NCBI GenBank assembly: GCA_963783385.1
Contig: CAWANJ010000002.1
Location: 224,001-288,000 of the forward strand
Source: an uncultured Gemmatimonadales bacterium
GTDB lineage: Bacteria; Gemmatimonadota; Gemmatimonadetes; Palauibacterales; Palauibacteraceae
Direction of reading: 5' to 3'
Length of the DNA stretch: 64,000 nt
A program made the translations under genes and the position numbers. Shown piece by piece: positions 1 through 9,640 of this stretch. Numbering within the stretch: the first letter of the stretch is position 1; each line of letters begins with the position of its first letter. The notes below the pieces were generated by a model. That model was given only the letters and a program-made list of their open reading frames with translations. It did no database searches and was not told the origin of the DNA.

Positions 1-1
1 T

Positions 2-433
2 CGTCCTGGCGCGCGCGCGGCGGTCGAGCACGGGGTGCGCTCGCCGCTCCGGGAGGCGGGCCTGGGAAAGGCGGACGTACGGGCCCTGTCGAGGCGGAAC
101 GGGCTGCCCACGTGGGATGCGCCGGCCTCGCCTTGTCTGGCCAGTCGCCTGGCCTACGGGATCGAAGTCACGGAGGAGCGGCTGTGGCAGGTGGAACGGG
201 CCGAGCGCATCCTCCGGGACATGGGCGAGCGGGGGGACCTCCGCGTGCGGCATCACGGCGGCGCGGCGCGCATCGAGATCGCCCCGGGCGAGCTGGCTCG
301 GTGGAGCGACGTGCGGCGCTGTCGTCGGGCCGTCCGCGATCTGCGGTCGCTCGGCTTCGGGCGGGTCCTGCTCGACCTGGAGGGATACCGCCGGGGATCC
401 CTGAACCGTGCGCTGGTGTCGATCGGCTCGTGA
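2..433 (+). CDS. larE: ATP-dependent sacrificial sulfur transferase LarE family (5'-truncated by window edge)
   Basis: RPG..A..E.GVRSPL, PTWDAPASPCLASR, RVRHHG..ARIE and LDLEGYRRGSLN motifs. The frame is open from position 2. Confidence 0.85.
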   Translation, partial: RPGARAAVEHGVRSPLREAGLGKADVRALSRRNGLPTWDAPASPCLASRLAYGIEVTEERLWQVERAERILRDMGERGDLRVRHHGGAARIEIAPGELARWSDVRRCRRAVRDLRSLGFGRVLLDLEGYRRGSLNRALVSIGS

Positions 434-714
434 GATGCTCGGACGGGACGACCGAAGAGCGGAGTCCGGCCGCGTCCGACCTGGAGCGCCACCTGGGCGA
501 GCGCCTCGGGCTGGGAGCCCACCAGCTGGTGGTCGAGGCCGGGGGGCGGGAGCGTGAGATCGCGGTGTTGCGGGTCCCGGCGGCCGCCCTCGAGGCGCTG
601 CTGGATCCCGAAGTCCGATCGGAAATCGTCGAGCGAGCCCGAGCCGCGGGCTTTCGGCACGCGGCCGTGGACCTGGACCTGGCCGGGGCGGAGCCGGCCA
701 CCCCCGAGGCTTGA
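430..714 (+). CDS. small hypothetical protein resembling the LarE C-terminal domain
   Basis: GTG overlaps the larE stop (GTGA). EIAVLRVP...LLDPEVRSEIVERARAAGFRHAAVDL parallels the end of LarE (ARIEI...LRSLGFGRVLLDL). Confidence 0.55.
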   Translation: MRCSDGTTEERSPAASDLERHLGERLGLGAHQLVVEAGGREREIAVLRVPAAALEALLDPEVRSEIVERARAAGFRHAAVDLDLAGAEPATPEA

Positions 715-725
715 AAGGCGGTTCG

Positions 726-1292
726 ATGCGTCTGTTCATCGCGATCAACCCGCCCGCGGCGGTCCGCCAGCTCATCCACGATGGCACCGCGTCCCTCCGG
801 GAGGCCGGCCTGCCGGCGCGCTGGGTGGACACGGACCAGCTCCACCTCACACTCAAGTTCCTGGGCGAGGTTCGGGAGCAGCGGTTGCCGGCCGTGACGG
901 ATGCGCTCCTCGAGGCCGCCGCGGGATGTCCGCCCTTCGAGCTCCGGCTGGAGGGAGTCGGCGCTTTCCCGTCCCTGCGTCGGCCGCAGGTGATCTGGCT
1001 GGGTGTCGAGGCCACGCTGCCTCTCCGGGCGCTCAAGCACGACGTCGAACACGCGTTCGCGCAGCTGGGTATCGATCGCGAATCGCGCGCCTTCCACCCG
1101 CATCTGACGCTCGGCCGCGCGCGCGATCGAGCGCAGGCGGGGGAGTTCCGGGAGCTGGAACGGGTGGCGGCGCGCGTGGAGGTACGGGGCGGGTTCGAGG
1201 TCGAGGCGGTCGACCTCGTGCGCAGTCGTCTGGGGCCCGGCGGAACCCGCTATTCGGTCGAGGCATCGGCGCGCTTCGAGGTCGACGAGTGA
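726..1292 (+). CDS. thpR: RNA 2',3'-cyclic phosphodiesterase (2H phosphoesterase)
   Basis: MRLFIAI start and two HxT motifs (HLTLKFLG, FHPHLTLGR). Confidence 0.9.
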   Translation: MRLFIAINPPAAVRQLIHDGTASLREAGLPARWVDTDQLHLTLKFLGEVREQRLPAVTDALLEAAAGCPPFELRLEGVGAFPSLRRPQVIWLGVEATLPLRALKHDVEHAFAQLGIDRESRAFHPHLTLGRARDRAQAGEFRELERVAARVEVRGGFEVEAVDLVRSRLGPGGTRYSVEASARFEVDE

Positions 1293-1322
1293 CGGCGCCG
1301 ACCCGCGTCGCGGAAGAGGTCG

Positions 1323-1967
1323 ATGCGATTCGTTCGTAGCTGCCTGGCCCGCATCGGCTGCCTGACGGTGGTCGTCCTGCTGGTGGGGGCCGCCTGGATC
1401 TGGCGCGGCCCCCTCCTGGCCTGGTGGCACGACCACGATCGGGCGGCCGTGGCCGAGGCGCCTTCCGCCGACCTGGCGCGGCGGACCGGGAAGAAGCTGG
1501 ACGACTTCCTCCGCGGACGGGGACCTTCTCGGGTCAGCTTCGACCAGGCCGAGCTCCAGAGCCTGGTGAGCTACCGGTACCTGGACTCGTTGCCACCCGG
1601 GCTCTCGGACCCCAGGATCACGCTCGGGGACTCCACCCTGGAGGCCAGCGCGGGACTCCAGGTCGAGCGGCTCATGCACGGCAAGACCCCGGACGCTCTC
1701 CGCAGCCTCCTGGGCGATTCGGCCCGGGCGAGCGCCGAGCTGCAGCCCTCCGTCGAGCGTCCGGGCGTGCTCGTGTTGGGCGTCCACCACGTGTCTGCCG
1801 GTGGACTGCCGATTCCGGACCTGATGGTCCCGTGGCTGCTCCAGCAGACGGGGTTGTCGAACGGAAAGGGCCGGGCTCGCACGGTGGCCCTCGCCGTGCC
1901 CCGGGACGTAGCGGCGGTCAGGGTGGTGAACGGGAGGCTGCAGCTCGAGCGCGGTCCGCCGCAGTGA
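1323..1967 (+). CDS. hypothetical protein with N-terminal membrane anchor
   Basis: Hydrophobic N-terminus (GCLTVVVLLVGAAWIW), GC3-rich codons, and it fills the gap in the operon. Confidence 0.7.
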   Translation: MRFVRSCLARIGCLTVVVLLVGAAWIWRGPLLAWWHDHDRAAVAEAPSADLARRTGKKLDDFLRGRGPSRVSFDQAELQSLVSYRYLDSLPPGLSDPRITLGDSTLEASAGLQVERLMHGKTPDALRSLLGDSARASAELQPSVERPGVLVLGVHHVSAGGLPIPDLMVPWLLQQTGLSNGKGRARTVALAVPRDVAAVRVVNGRLQLERGPPQ

Positions 1968-2024
1968 TGAAGCTCCCGGGCGAGGCCCGGGACGAGACAC
2001 GAGAATCCATGAAAGAGAGACACA

Positions 2025-3515
2025 ATGCCCGATACGTTCCTGAACCACATCGACGGCGAATGGGTCCCGGCCGCGAGCGGCGAGACGTTCGAGAACCGCA
2101 ATCCGGCGCGCACCTCGGACCTCATCGGCCTGTTCCCTCGGTCCGCGGCCGAGGACGTGGAGCGAGCGGTCGCCTCCGCGCGGACCGGATTCGAGCGCTG
2201 GCGGCGCGTGCCCGCTCCCGAGCGGGGGCTCGTGCTGCAGCGCGCGGGCGAGCTCATGGTGGAGCTCAAGGAGGAGCTGGCCCGCGCCCAGACCCGCGAG
2301 ATGGGCAAGGTTCTCGAGGAGACACGGGGCGATGTTCAGGAGGCCATCGACACCGCGTTCTACGCCGCCAGCGAGGGTCGGCGGCTGTTCGGCCGAACCG
2401 TTCCGTCCGAGCTGCGCGACAAGTGGGCCATGAGCTTCCGCCGTCCGATCGGTGTGTTCGGGATCATCACACCCTTCAACTTTCCGACCGCGATCCCGAG
2501 CTGGAAGATCCTCCCGGCTCTCCTGTGCGGGAACGCCGTCGTGTTCAAGCCGGCCGAAGACGTGCCGCACTCGGCGCACCTGTTCGTAAAGGTGCTGCTC
2601 GAGGCCGGCGTGCCGCCCGAGTGCGTACAGCTCGTGAATGGACCGGGCTCGAGGGTCGGGAAGGCGATCGTCGAGCATCCCGACGTCGACGGCATCTCCT
2701 TCACCGGCTCGACCGCAACGGGATCGATCATCGCCTCGGCCGCGGGCCGCATGCACAAGCGGGTGTCGCTCGAGATGGGCGGCAAGAACGCCCAGATCGT
2801 CCTCCCCGACGCCGACCTCGACCTGGCCCTGGACGGTGTGCTGTGGGGCGCCTTCGGGACCACCGGTCAGCGCTGCACGGCCACGAGCCGACTCCTCCTC
2901 CACAGGGACGTGCACGACGAGTTCATCGAGCGCCTCCTCGAGGAGGTCGCCGGTCTCACGCTCGGCGACGGGTTCGAAGAGGGGACCGACGTGGGACCGC
3001 TGATCAACGCGGAAGCGCTCGAGAAGGTCGAGTCGTACGTGGAGATCGCGCGCGGCGAAGGTGTGCAGGTGAGGTGCGGCGGCGTCCGGGCCACGGACGG
3101 CGAGCTCGGCGAGGGGCACTTCTTCGAGCCGACGGTCCTCACGGGCGTCGAGCCGGGCATGAGGGTCGAGCAGGAGGAGATCTTCGGCCCCGTCCTCTCC
3201 GTGGTGGTCTTCGACGAGCTGGACGACGCGATCGCGATCAACAACGACGTGGAGTACGGGCTCTCGTCCTCCCTGTACACGCGCGACGTGCTCGCCGCCT
3301 TCCGGGCCATCGAACGGCTCGACAACGGGATCACCTACATCAACGCTCCCACCATCGGGGCGGAGGCCCACCTCCCGTTCGGTGGCGTCAAGGGCACCGG
3401 GAACGGGCACCGGGAAGGTGGATGGGAAGTGTACGAGTTCTACAGCGAGACGAAGGTGGCGTACGTGGACTACAGTGGCCGGCTGCAGCGGGCCCAGATC
3501 GACGTGTCCTGGTAG
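2025..3515 (+). CDS. aldehyde dehydrogenase family protein
   Basis: ITPFNFP, FKPAE, FTGS, LEMGGKN, GQRCTA (catalytic Cys), EEIFGP and PFGGVK motifs. Confidence 0.95.
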   Translation: MPDTFLNHIDGEWVPAASGETFENRNPARTSDLIGLFPRSAAEDVERAVASARTGFERWRRVPAPERGLVLQRAGELMVELKEELARAQTREMGKVLEETRGDVQEAIDTAFYAASEGRRLFGRTVPSELRDKWAMSFRRPIGVFGIITPFNFPTAIPSWKILPALLCGNAVVFKPAEDVPHSAHLFVKVLLEAGVPPECVQLVNGPGSRVGKAIVEHPDVDGISFTGSTATGSIIASAAGRMHKRVSLEMGGKNAQIVLPDADLDLALDGVLWGAFGTTGQRCTATSRLLLHRDVHDEFIERLLEEVAGLTLGDGFEEGTDVGPLINAEALEKVESYVEIARGEGVQVRCGGVRATDGELGEGHFFEPTVLTGVEPGMRVEQEEIFGPVLSVVVFDELDDAIAINNDVEYGLSSSLYTRDVLAAFRAIERLDNGITYINAPTIGAEAHLPFGGVKGTGNGHREGGWEVYEFYSETKVAYVDYSGRLQRAQIDVSW

Positions 3516-3530
3516 GACCCGGGGGCGGCC

Positions 3531-4379
3531 GTGGAGCCGGGGGGCGCGGCGGGCGATGAGGGGACCGTGACGGGTGGGGCCGAACATCCGATGGCCGTAT
3601 CGGGAACGGGTCTCGACGAGGAGGGTACCGCCGGCATGTCTCGTGACCAAGCGATCGGACCCGCGCGGGATCCGTCTCCCTCGCTGCTGCGGTGGGCCTG
3701 GGACTGGACCAAGACCATCGCCACCGCCGTCCTCATCTTCATGTTCGTCCGGGCGTTCGTGGTGGAGGCTTTCCAGATCCCCACCGGATCGATGGAGAAC
3801 ACCCTCCTGGTCGGCGACTTCCTCCTCGTGAACAAGGCCGCCTACGGTGCCGAGGTCCCCGGCACCGACCTCCGGCTGCCGGCCTTCGAGCGGCCCCGCC
3901 GGGGCGACGTGGTCGTGTTCCAGCCGCCCCCGGCGGCCGGGCAGTCGCCCTCCACCCGGTACGTGAAGCGCATCGTCGGCGTGCCGGGCGACACCCTGTC
4001 CATGCGGGGCGGCAAGCTCTTCCTGGACGGCAGCCGGGTGAGCGAGCCCTACGTGAAGCACATCCGGCCCTACCGGGACCCGAGCAATCCCAGCTTCCGG
4101 TGGCAGCGCCACTACCTCGTGAAGCCCGCCCGGGCCGCCCGCGGCTACCGTCCGACCCGGGACAACTGGGGTCCCATCGTGGTGCCGCCCGGGCGTTACT
4201 TCGTGATGGGTGACAACCGCGACAACTCCGAGGACTCACGCTACTGGGGCTTCGTGCCCCGTGACGCCATCCGGGGCAAACCGCTGGTCGTCTACTATTC
4301 CTACCGGGAGCGCAACCCCGCGGTGTTCCCGTGGCTCACGGAGATCCGCTGGGGACGCTTCCTGACGCCGATCCACTGA
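3531..4379 (+). CDS. lepB: signal peptidase I (start uncertain: 3531, 3591 or 3636)
   Basis: IPTGSMENTL (Ser), YVKRIVGVPGD (Lys) and GDNRDNSEDSRYWG. Confidence 0.92.
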   Translation: MEPGGAAGDEGTVTGGAEHPMAVSGTGLDEEGTAGMSRDQAIGPARDPSPSLLRWAWDWTKTIATAVLIFMFVRAFVVEAFQIPTGSMENTLLVGDFLLVNKAAYGAEVPGTDLRLPAFERPRRGDVVVFQPPPAAGQSPSTRYVKRIVGVPGDTLSMRGGKLFLDGSRVSEPYVKHIRPYRDPSNPSFRWQRHYLVKPARAARGYRPTRDNWGPIVVPPGRYFVMGDNRDNSEDSRYWGFVPRDAIRGKPLVVYYSYRERNPAVFPWLTEIRWGRFLTPIH

Positions 4380-4414
4380 CGCCGTCCCGCCGGGCGGCAG
4401 CTCGAGGGCCCCGC

Positions 4415-5158
4415 ATGACCGCAAATTCTCTCAGCTCCCGGGACGGGAGCCTGGAGCTCTACCTCCGCGACATCGCCCGCTCGGACCCGTTGCCCCGCGC
4501 CAGGGAAGCGGAGCTGGCACATCGGTGGAGGCAGGTCGGCGACCGCCAGGCGCTCGAGGCGCTCGTCCACGCCAACCTCCGGTTCGTCGTCTCGGTGGCC
4601 AAGCGCTACCGGAACCGGGGGCTGCCGCTGGAGGACCTGGTGAACGAAGGCAACCTCGGCCTCCTGCGGGCGGCGGAGCGCTTCGAGCCGGACCGCGGGG
4701 TGCGTTTCATCAGCTACGCCGTATGGTGGATCCGGCAGGCCATCCTCCGGGCCCTGTCCCGAGCGGAGGCTCCCGTGCTGCCCGAGTCCGGCCGGCCCCG
4801 GACCCGGCGGAGCGGCAGGGAAGACCGGCCGACCCGGCGGCTCCGGATCGTGTCGCTCGACGATCCTGCGGGAGACAGGGCCGGGGAGCGGCTGCGGGAT
4901 CTGGTGGCCGACGAGACGGTGCCATCTCCCGACGCGGGGCTCGAGCGTCGGCGCAGGCGCGACCGCATGGACGCACGCCTGGCCACGCTTCCCGAGCGGG
5001 AGGAGCGAGTGCTGCGGATGTATTTCGGCCTGGATGACGGCACGCCGACCGGGCTGGCCGAGATCGGCGCCGCCCTGGGCGTGAGCCGGGAGAGGGCCCG
5101 CCAGATCAAGGCAAGGGCCCTGGCTCGACTGGCGTCCGCGCCCCGCCCGCCAGCTTGA
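4415..5158 (+). CDS. sigma70-family RNA polymerase sigma factor, short (no region 1.1, reduced region 3)
   Basis: YLRDI (1.2), ANLRFVVSVAKRY, DLVNEGNLGL, FISYAVWWIRQ (region 2), and LAEIG..LGVSRERARQI (4.2). Confidence 0.88.
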   Translation: MTANSLSSRDGSLELYLRDIARSDPLPRAREAELAHRWRQVGDRQALEALVHANLRFVVSVAKRYRNRGLPLEDLVNEGNLGLLRAAERFEPDRGVRFISYAVWWIRQAILRALSRAEAPVLPESGRPRTRRSGREDRPTRRLRIVSLDDPAGDRAGERLRDLVADETVPSPDAGLERRRRRDRMDARLATLPEREERVLRMYFGLDDGTPTGLAEIGAALGVSRERARQIKARALARLASAPRPPA

Positions 5159-5183
5159 CACACTCCATTCCCGTTCCTAGCTT
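5155..5183 (+). promoter_or_regulatory. sigma70-type promoter of the rplM operon
   Basis: TTGACA(5155-5160)-N17-TAGCTT(5178-5183). Confidence 0.75.
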
Positions 5184-5207
5184 ACCGGGCTCCGAGTGGA
5201 GTGAGTC

Positions 5208-5240
5208 GACCGCCCTGAACCGCGGGGCGGTTCGTTTTTG
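5208..5240 (+). promoter_or_regulatory. hairpin plus T-rich tract in the rplM leader (attenuator or L13-leader candidate)
   Basis: GACCGCCC..GGGCGGTT stem followed by CGTTTTTG. Confidence 0.45.
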
Positions 5241-5312
5241 TCCTCGGCCGATGAGCGCCGGGCCGCGCCCGGCGAACCATGGCCGGGGCTCCGTGGCAAC
5301 GACCGCGATGAG

Positions 5313-5741
5313 ATGAAGACGTACAGCGTCAAGAAGGGCGAGATCGAGCGTACCTGGTACGTGGTCGACGCCCGGGACCAGATCCTGGGCCGGCTCGCGA
5401 CCCGGGTGGCCAGGGTGCTGCGGGGCAAGCACAAGCCCATCTATTCCCCGCACCTGGACGTGGGCGACTACGTGATCGTCGTCAACGCCCGGGACGTGAG
5501 GCTTACGGGCAAGAAGGCCGACACGAAGCGCTATTTTCGACACAGCGGCTTCATGGGCGGCGAGAAGCTCGTTCCGTTCAAGCGCATGCTGAGACGGAAG
5601 CCGGAATGGGTCATCGAGCGGGCGGTGAAGGGCATGCTGCCCAAGAACACTCTCGGCCGCCAGATGGCCAAGAAGTTGCGGGTCTACGCAGGCCCCGATC
5701 ACCCGCACGAGGCGCAGCTGCCCGAGCCCTTCGAGTTTTGA
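5313..5741 (+). CDS. rplM: 50S ribosomal protein L13
   Basis: [48 protein letters not shown]. Confidence 0.97.
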   Translation: MKTYSVKKGEIERTWYVVDARDQILGRLATRVARVLRGKHKPIYSPHLDVGDYVIVVNARDVRLTGKKADTKRYFRHSGFMGGEKLVPFKRMLRRKPEWVIERAVKGMLPKNTLGRQMAKKLRVYAGPDHPHEAQLPEPFEF

Positions 5742-5797
5742 GGCGCGCGCGATGCGTCCGTCGGTGAGGACGAACAGGGAACACGCACGGAGGAAAG

Positions 5798-6214
5798 TTG
5801 GCGGAGACGAGTAGCGGTCCCTCGAAGACCCGGCCCGTGCAGACGGTGGGTCGCCGCAAGGAAGCCGTGGCCCGGATCACTCTGCGACCCGGTTCCGGCC
5901 AGTGGGCCATCAACGGCCGGGAGGTTTCCGGCTACTTCTGCATTCTGCGGCATCGCCAGACCATCGAGGCCCCCCTCAAGGCTACGGACTCGGAGGGGAT
6001 CTACGACATTCTCGTCCGGGTGCGGGGCGGAGGGCTCACGGGCCAGGCGGACGCCGTGCAGCTCGGCGTGGCCCGAGCCCTGGTCGAGGTGGACGAGGAG
6101 CACCGACCCGCGCTTCGGGCCCGGGGCTTTTTGACGCGGGACGCCCGGGTGGTGGAGCGCAAGAAGCCCGGTCGCCCCAAGGCGCGCAAGCGCTTCCAGT
6201 TCTCCAAGCGCTGA
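5798..6214 (+). CDS. rpsI: 30S ribosomal protein S9
   Basis: GRRKEAVAR, GGGLTGQA, and C-terminal ERKKPG..KARKRFQFSKR. Confidence 0.97.
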   Translation: MAETSSGPSKTRPVQTVGRRKEAVARITLRPGSGQWAINGREVSGYFCILRHRQTIEAPLKATDSEGIYDILVRVRGGGLTGQADAVQLGVARALVEVDEEHRPALRARGFLTRDARVVERKKPGRPKARKRFQFSKR

Positions 6215-6236
6215 TCCAAGCACTGGACGAGAATCG

Positions 6237-7262
6237 ATGGCCGACGTGGCACTGAACGATCTCCTGCAGGCGGGGGTGCACTTCGGGCACCAGACCAGCC
6301 GCTGGAACCCGAAGATGCGCAAGTACATCTTCGCCGAGCGGGGCGGAATCTACCTGCTCGATCTCAAGAAGACGCAGGACAAGCTATCCGAGGCCCGCGA
6401 GCTCGTGCGCGGCGTCGTCACGGACGGCGGCTCGGTCCTGTTCGTGTGTACCAAGCCGCAGCTGGCGTCGCTGGTTCGGGAGGAGGCCGAGCGCTGCGGA
6501 GCCTTCTACGTGACCGAGCGCTGGCTCGGGGGAATGCTCACGAACTTCCAGACTATCAAGAAGAACATCCGCCGGCTGAAGGAGCTGGAGCGCGGGGCGG
6601 AGGAAGGCTCCTTCGAGTTCTACACGAAGAAGGAGCAGCTTCTCCTGGACCGGGAGCGCCAGAAGCTCGATCGCTACCTGTCGGGCATCAAGGATATGGG
6701 CCGGCTCCCCGGCGTCGTCTTCGTGGTCGACGCGAAGAAGGAGGAGATCGCGGTCAAGGAGGCCCACCGGCTCGAGATCCCGGTGGTGGCGATCGCGGAC
6801 ACGAACGCCGATCCGGACATGCTCACGGTGCCCATCCCGGGCAACGACGACGCCATCCGGTCCGTGGCCCTGATCACGCGGGCCATCGCCGATTCGGTGG
6901 ACGCCGCCCGGCGGGAGGCCCCGGAGGCGGGGGGCGATCAGGCCGAGGAAGTGTTCACCTACTCCTCCGACGTCGGCGAGACCTCCGAGGCCGAGTCGTC
7001 GCGGCGCCGCAAGCGACCGCGGCGCCGCAAGCCGCGCCCGGAGGTGATCGCCCAGCGCCGCCAGACCAAGGGCGGCGCCACGGACCAGGACGCGGTCGGG
7101 GAGGCCGAGGCTGCGGAGGCCGAGGGAGCCGAGGCCGCGGCGGAGCCGTCGGCGAAGGGAGATCAGCCGAAGAGCGCCGGGGCGGAGCCCGAAGACGAGG
7201 TGCCCGTGTCGGCCGGAGCGGGTGGTGGCGAGGAGGAGGACGAGGAGGGCGAATCCTCCTGA
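6237..7262 (+). CDS. rpsB: 30S ribosomal protein S2 with long C-terminal extension
   Basis: GVHFGHQTSRWNPKM, RWLGGMLTNF and PGNDDAIRS. Confidence 0.97.
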   Translation: MADVALNDLLQAGVHFGHQTSRWNPKMRKYIFAERGGIYLLDLKKTQDKLSEARELVRGVVTDGGSVLFVCTKPQLASLVREEAERCGAFYVTERWLGGMLTNFQTIKKNIRRLKELERGAEEGSFEFYTKKEQLLLDRERQKLDRYLSGIKDMGRLPGVVFVVDAKKEEIAVKEAHRLEIPVVAIADTNADPDMLTVPIPGNDDAIRSVALITRAIADSVDAARREAPEAGGDQAEEVFTYSSDVGETSEAESSRRRKRPRRRKPRPEVIAQRRQTKGGATDQDAVGEAEAAEAEGAEAAAEPSAKGDQPKSAGAEPEDEVPVSAGAGGGEEEDEEGESS

Positions 7263-7276
7263 CGCCCGCCGGGAAG

Positions 7277-7302
7277 AGGCCACTTCGGTGGCCTTTTTTT
7301 TT
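7277..7302 (+). terminator. intrinsic terminator between rpsB and tsf
   Basis: AGGCCAC-TTCG-GTGGCCT stem-loop followed by a poly-T run. Confidence 0.8.
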
Positions 7303-7428
7303 GGATGGATGGGCGCGGGTGTCGGGCCCGGCCCGTCCGTTGCAGGATGGTTGCGGGATCGCCGACCGACCGGCGGTCGGTCTCGGGTAATCCACGAACG
7401 ACGTGCGACACATAGCGGGAGGCCGAGC

Positions 7429-8286
7429 ATGGCGGAGATCAGCGCGGCGGCGGTGAAGTCGCTCAGGGACAGGACCGGGGCGGGCATGATGGACTGCAAG
7501 CGCGCCCTCGAGGAGGCTGCCGGCGACGAGGAGAAGGCCATCGACCTCCTGCGCCAGCGCGGGGCCGCCAAGGCGGCCAAGCGGGCCGCCCGGGAGACGA
7601 GTGAAGGAGCCGTCGCGATCGAGGGTGACGACGACGGCCCGGTCGCCATGGTCGAGGTGACGTGCGAGACGGACTTCGTGGCCAGGAACGACGAGTTCCT
7701 CGAGTTCGCTGGCCGGGCCGCCCTGATCGCGGCGGACGCCGGGGGGGACGAAGGCGAGGTCCGGGAAGGAGGGGAGCTCCTGGATCTGCCCGAAGCCGAG
7801 GCGCTGCGCACCGAGCTACAGGGCCTGCTCGCCAAGATCGGGGAGAACCTCGATGTCGGCCGCTTCGTCCGCTGGGTGCCGGGTGCCGGGTCCGTGATCG
7901 GCCGCTACATTCACTTCGGCAACAAGATCGGTGTGCTCGTGGAGCTGGCGGGTGGCCACGAACGCACGGCCGCGACCGAGATGGCGCGCGATGTGGCGAT
8001 GCACATCGCGGCCACCGACCCGGCCGGAATCTCCCCCGAGGACATCCCGGAGGAGTCCAGGGAGCGCGAGCGGGCGGTGCTCGGCGAGCAGGCCCGACAG
8101 GAGGGCAAGCCTCCCCAGATCGTGGAGAAGATCGTCGAGGGTCGTATGCGGAAGTTTTACGAGCAGAACGCACTCCTCTACCAGGCGTTCGTCAAGGACT
8201 CCGACACGACGATCGGCGAGCTCCTGGAGAGCGCTCCGGGCTCGCTCGAGGTGCTCCGGTTCGTCCGGTTCGAGGTGGGCGGCTAG
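7429..8286 (+). CDS. tsf: translation elongation factor Ts
   Basis: [31 protein letters not shown] and [17 protein letters not shown] upstream. Confidence 0.97.
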   Translation: MAEISAAAVKSLRDRTGAGMMDCKRALEEAAGDEEKAIDLLRQRGAAKAAKRAARETSEGAVAIEGDDDGPVAMVEVTCETDFVARNDEFLEFAGRAALIAADAGGDEGEVREGGELLDLPEAEALRTELQGLLAKIGENLDVGRFVRWVPGAGSVIGRYIHFGNKIGVLVELAGGHERTAATEMARDVAMHIAATDPAGISPEDIPEESRERERAVLGEQARQEGKPPQIVEKIVEGRMRKFYEQNALLYQAFVKDSDTTIGELLESAPGSLEVLRFVRFEVGG

Positions 8287-8290
8287 CGCG

Positions 8291-9037
8291 GTGGCCGCGC
8301 GAGGGGACGAAGGCGCGAGCGCGCCGCCGGATCTCAAGTATCCCCGTGCCGTGGTGAAGCTCTCCGGGGAGTCCCTGGCGGGTGAGCGCGGCTTCGGCAT
8401 CGAGCCGCCGATCATCGAGGAGCTCACCCTCGAGATCATAGCCGTCCACGAGGCCGGCGTGAGGCTGGGCCTGGTGGTCGGCGGGGGCAACATCGTGCGG
8501 GGCACGGTGGCCAGCGAGCAGGGCATGGATCGCGTCTCGGCCGATTACATGGGCATGCTGGCCACGGTGATCAACGCGCTCGCTCTGCAGGACATGCTGG
8601 AGCGTCACGGGATCGAGACGCGGGTGATGACCGCCATCCGCATGGAAGAGCTGGCGGAGCCGTACATCCGGCGCAGGGCGCTGCGGCACCTGGAGAAGGG
8701 ACGGGTGGTGATCTTCGCCGGGGGCACCGGGAACCCCTACTTTTCGACGGATACGGCCGCGGTCCTGCGCGCCATCGAGATGGAGGCCGACGTAATCCTG
8801 AAGGCCACCAGGGTCGACGGGGTGTACACGGCCGACCCGGAGAAGGACCCGGATGCGGAGTTCATCCCGGAGATCTCGTACCTGGAGGTCATGACCCGGG
8901 AGCTCAAGGTCATGGATGCCGCGGCGATCTCGCTGTGCAAGGAGAACGACCTCCCGGTCATCGTCCTCAACATCCGCCGTCCGGGCTCCATCCTGTCGGC
9001 GCTGCGCGGGAGCCGGGTCGGCACCATGGTCGCCTGA
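8291..9037 (+). CDS. pyrH: UMP kinase
   Basis: [32 protein letters not shown] and LKVMD. Confidence 0.96.
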   Translation: MAARGDEGASAPPDLKYPRAVVKLSGESLAGERGFGIEPPIIEELTLEIIAVHEAGVRLGLVVGGGNIVRGTVASEQGMDRVSADYMGMLATVINALALQDMLERHGIETRVMTAIRMEELAEPYIRRRALRHLEKGRVVIFAGGTGNPYFSTDTAAVLRAIEMEADVILKATRVDGVYTADPEKDPDAEFIPEISYLEVMTRELKVMDAAAISLCKENDLPVIVLNIRRPGSILSALRGSRVGTMVA

Positions 9038-9079
9038 GGCAGGGAGGCGCGCGGGGCGCCGCAACACCAGGAGGGCTGC

Positions 9080-9637
9080 ATGCCGAAGAAGAGGCTCGAG
9101 GAGTCGCGGGAAGCCATGGACCGGGCGGTCGACGCCGTGCGACGGGAGTTCAACACGGTGCGGACCGGCAAGGCCACGCCGACGCTGCTGGACACGGTGC
9201 GGGTGGACGCCTACGGCTCCACCATGGCCCTCAACCAGGTGGCCAACGTGAGCGCCCCCGAGCCGGGTCTCCTCCTCATCCAGCCCTACGACCGCAACAT
9301 CTCGGCGGAGATCGCTCAGGGCATCCAGAAGGCTGATCTCGGCTTCAATCCCTCCGTCGACGGTGCCGTGATCCGCGTCCCGGTGCCGCCGCTCAGCGAG
9401 GAGCGCCGCAAGGAGATGGTCAAGCTCCTGCACCGGATGGCCGAGGAGGGCCGCATCTCCGTTCGGCACGTTCGGCAGGAGACCAAGAACGAGCTGCAGC
9501 GCATGCAGAAGGACGGCGAGGCGGGCGAGGACGAGATCCATCGACGTCTGGAGGATCTGCAGGGCATCACCGACGAGCACGTCGCCGTGATCGACGAGCT
9601 GCTGAAGAAGAAGGAAGCCGAGGTCATGGAGGTCTGA
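9080..9637 (+). CDS. frr: ribosome recycling factor
   Basis: VRTGKA, PPLSEERRKE and similar motifs. AGGAGG RBS upstream. Confidence 0.96.
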   Translation: MPKKRLEESREAMDRAVDAVRREFNTVRTGKATPTLLDTVRVDAYGSTMALNQVANVSAPEPGLLLIQPYDRNISAEIAQGIQKADLGFNPSVDGAVIRVPVPPLSEERRKEMVKLLHRMAEEGRISVRHVRQETKNELQRMQKDGEAGEDEIHRRLEDLQGITDEHVAVIDELLKKKEAEVMEV

Positions 9638-9640
9638 GGC

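Noticed and set aside
168-4112. 1314-aa minus-strand ORF and many other long antisense or alternate-frame ORFs (e.g. 11494-13737, 20116-22833, 45773-47833)
   Set aside because: These are shadow ORFs of well-supported + strand genes in high-GC DNA, with no motifs of their own.
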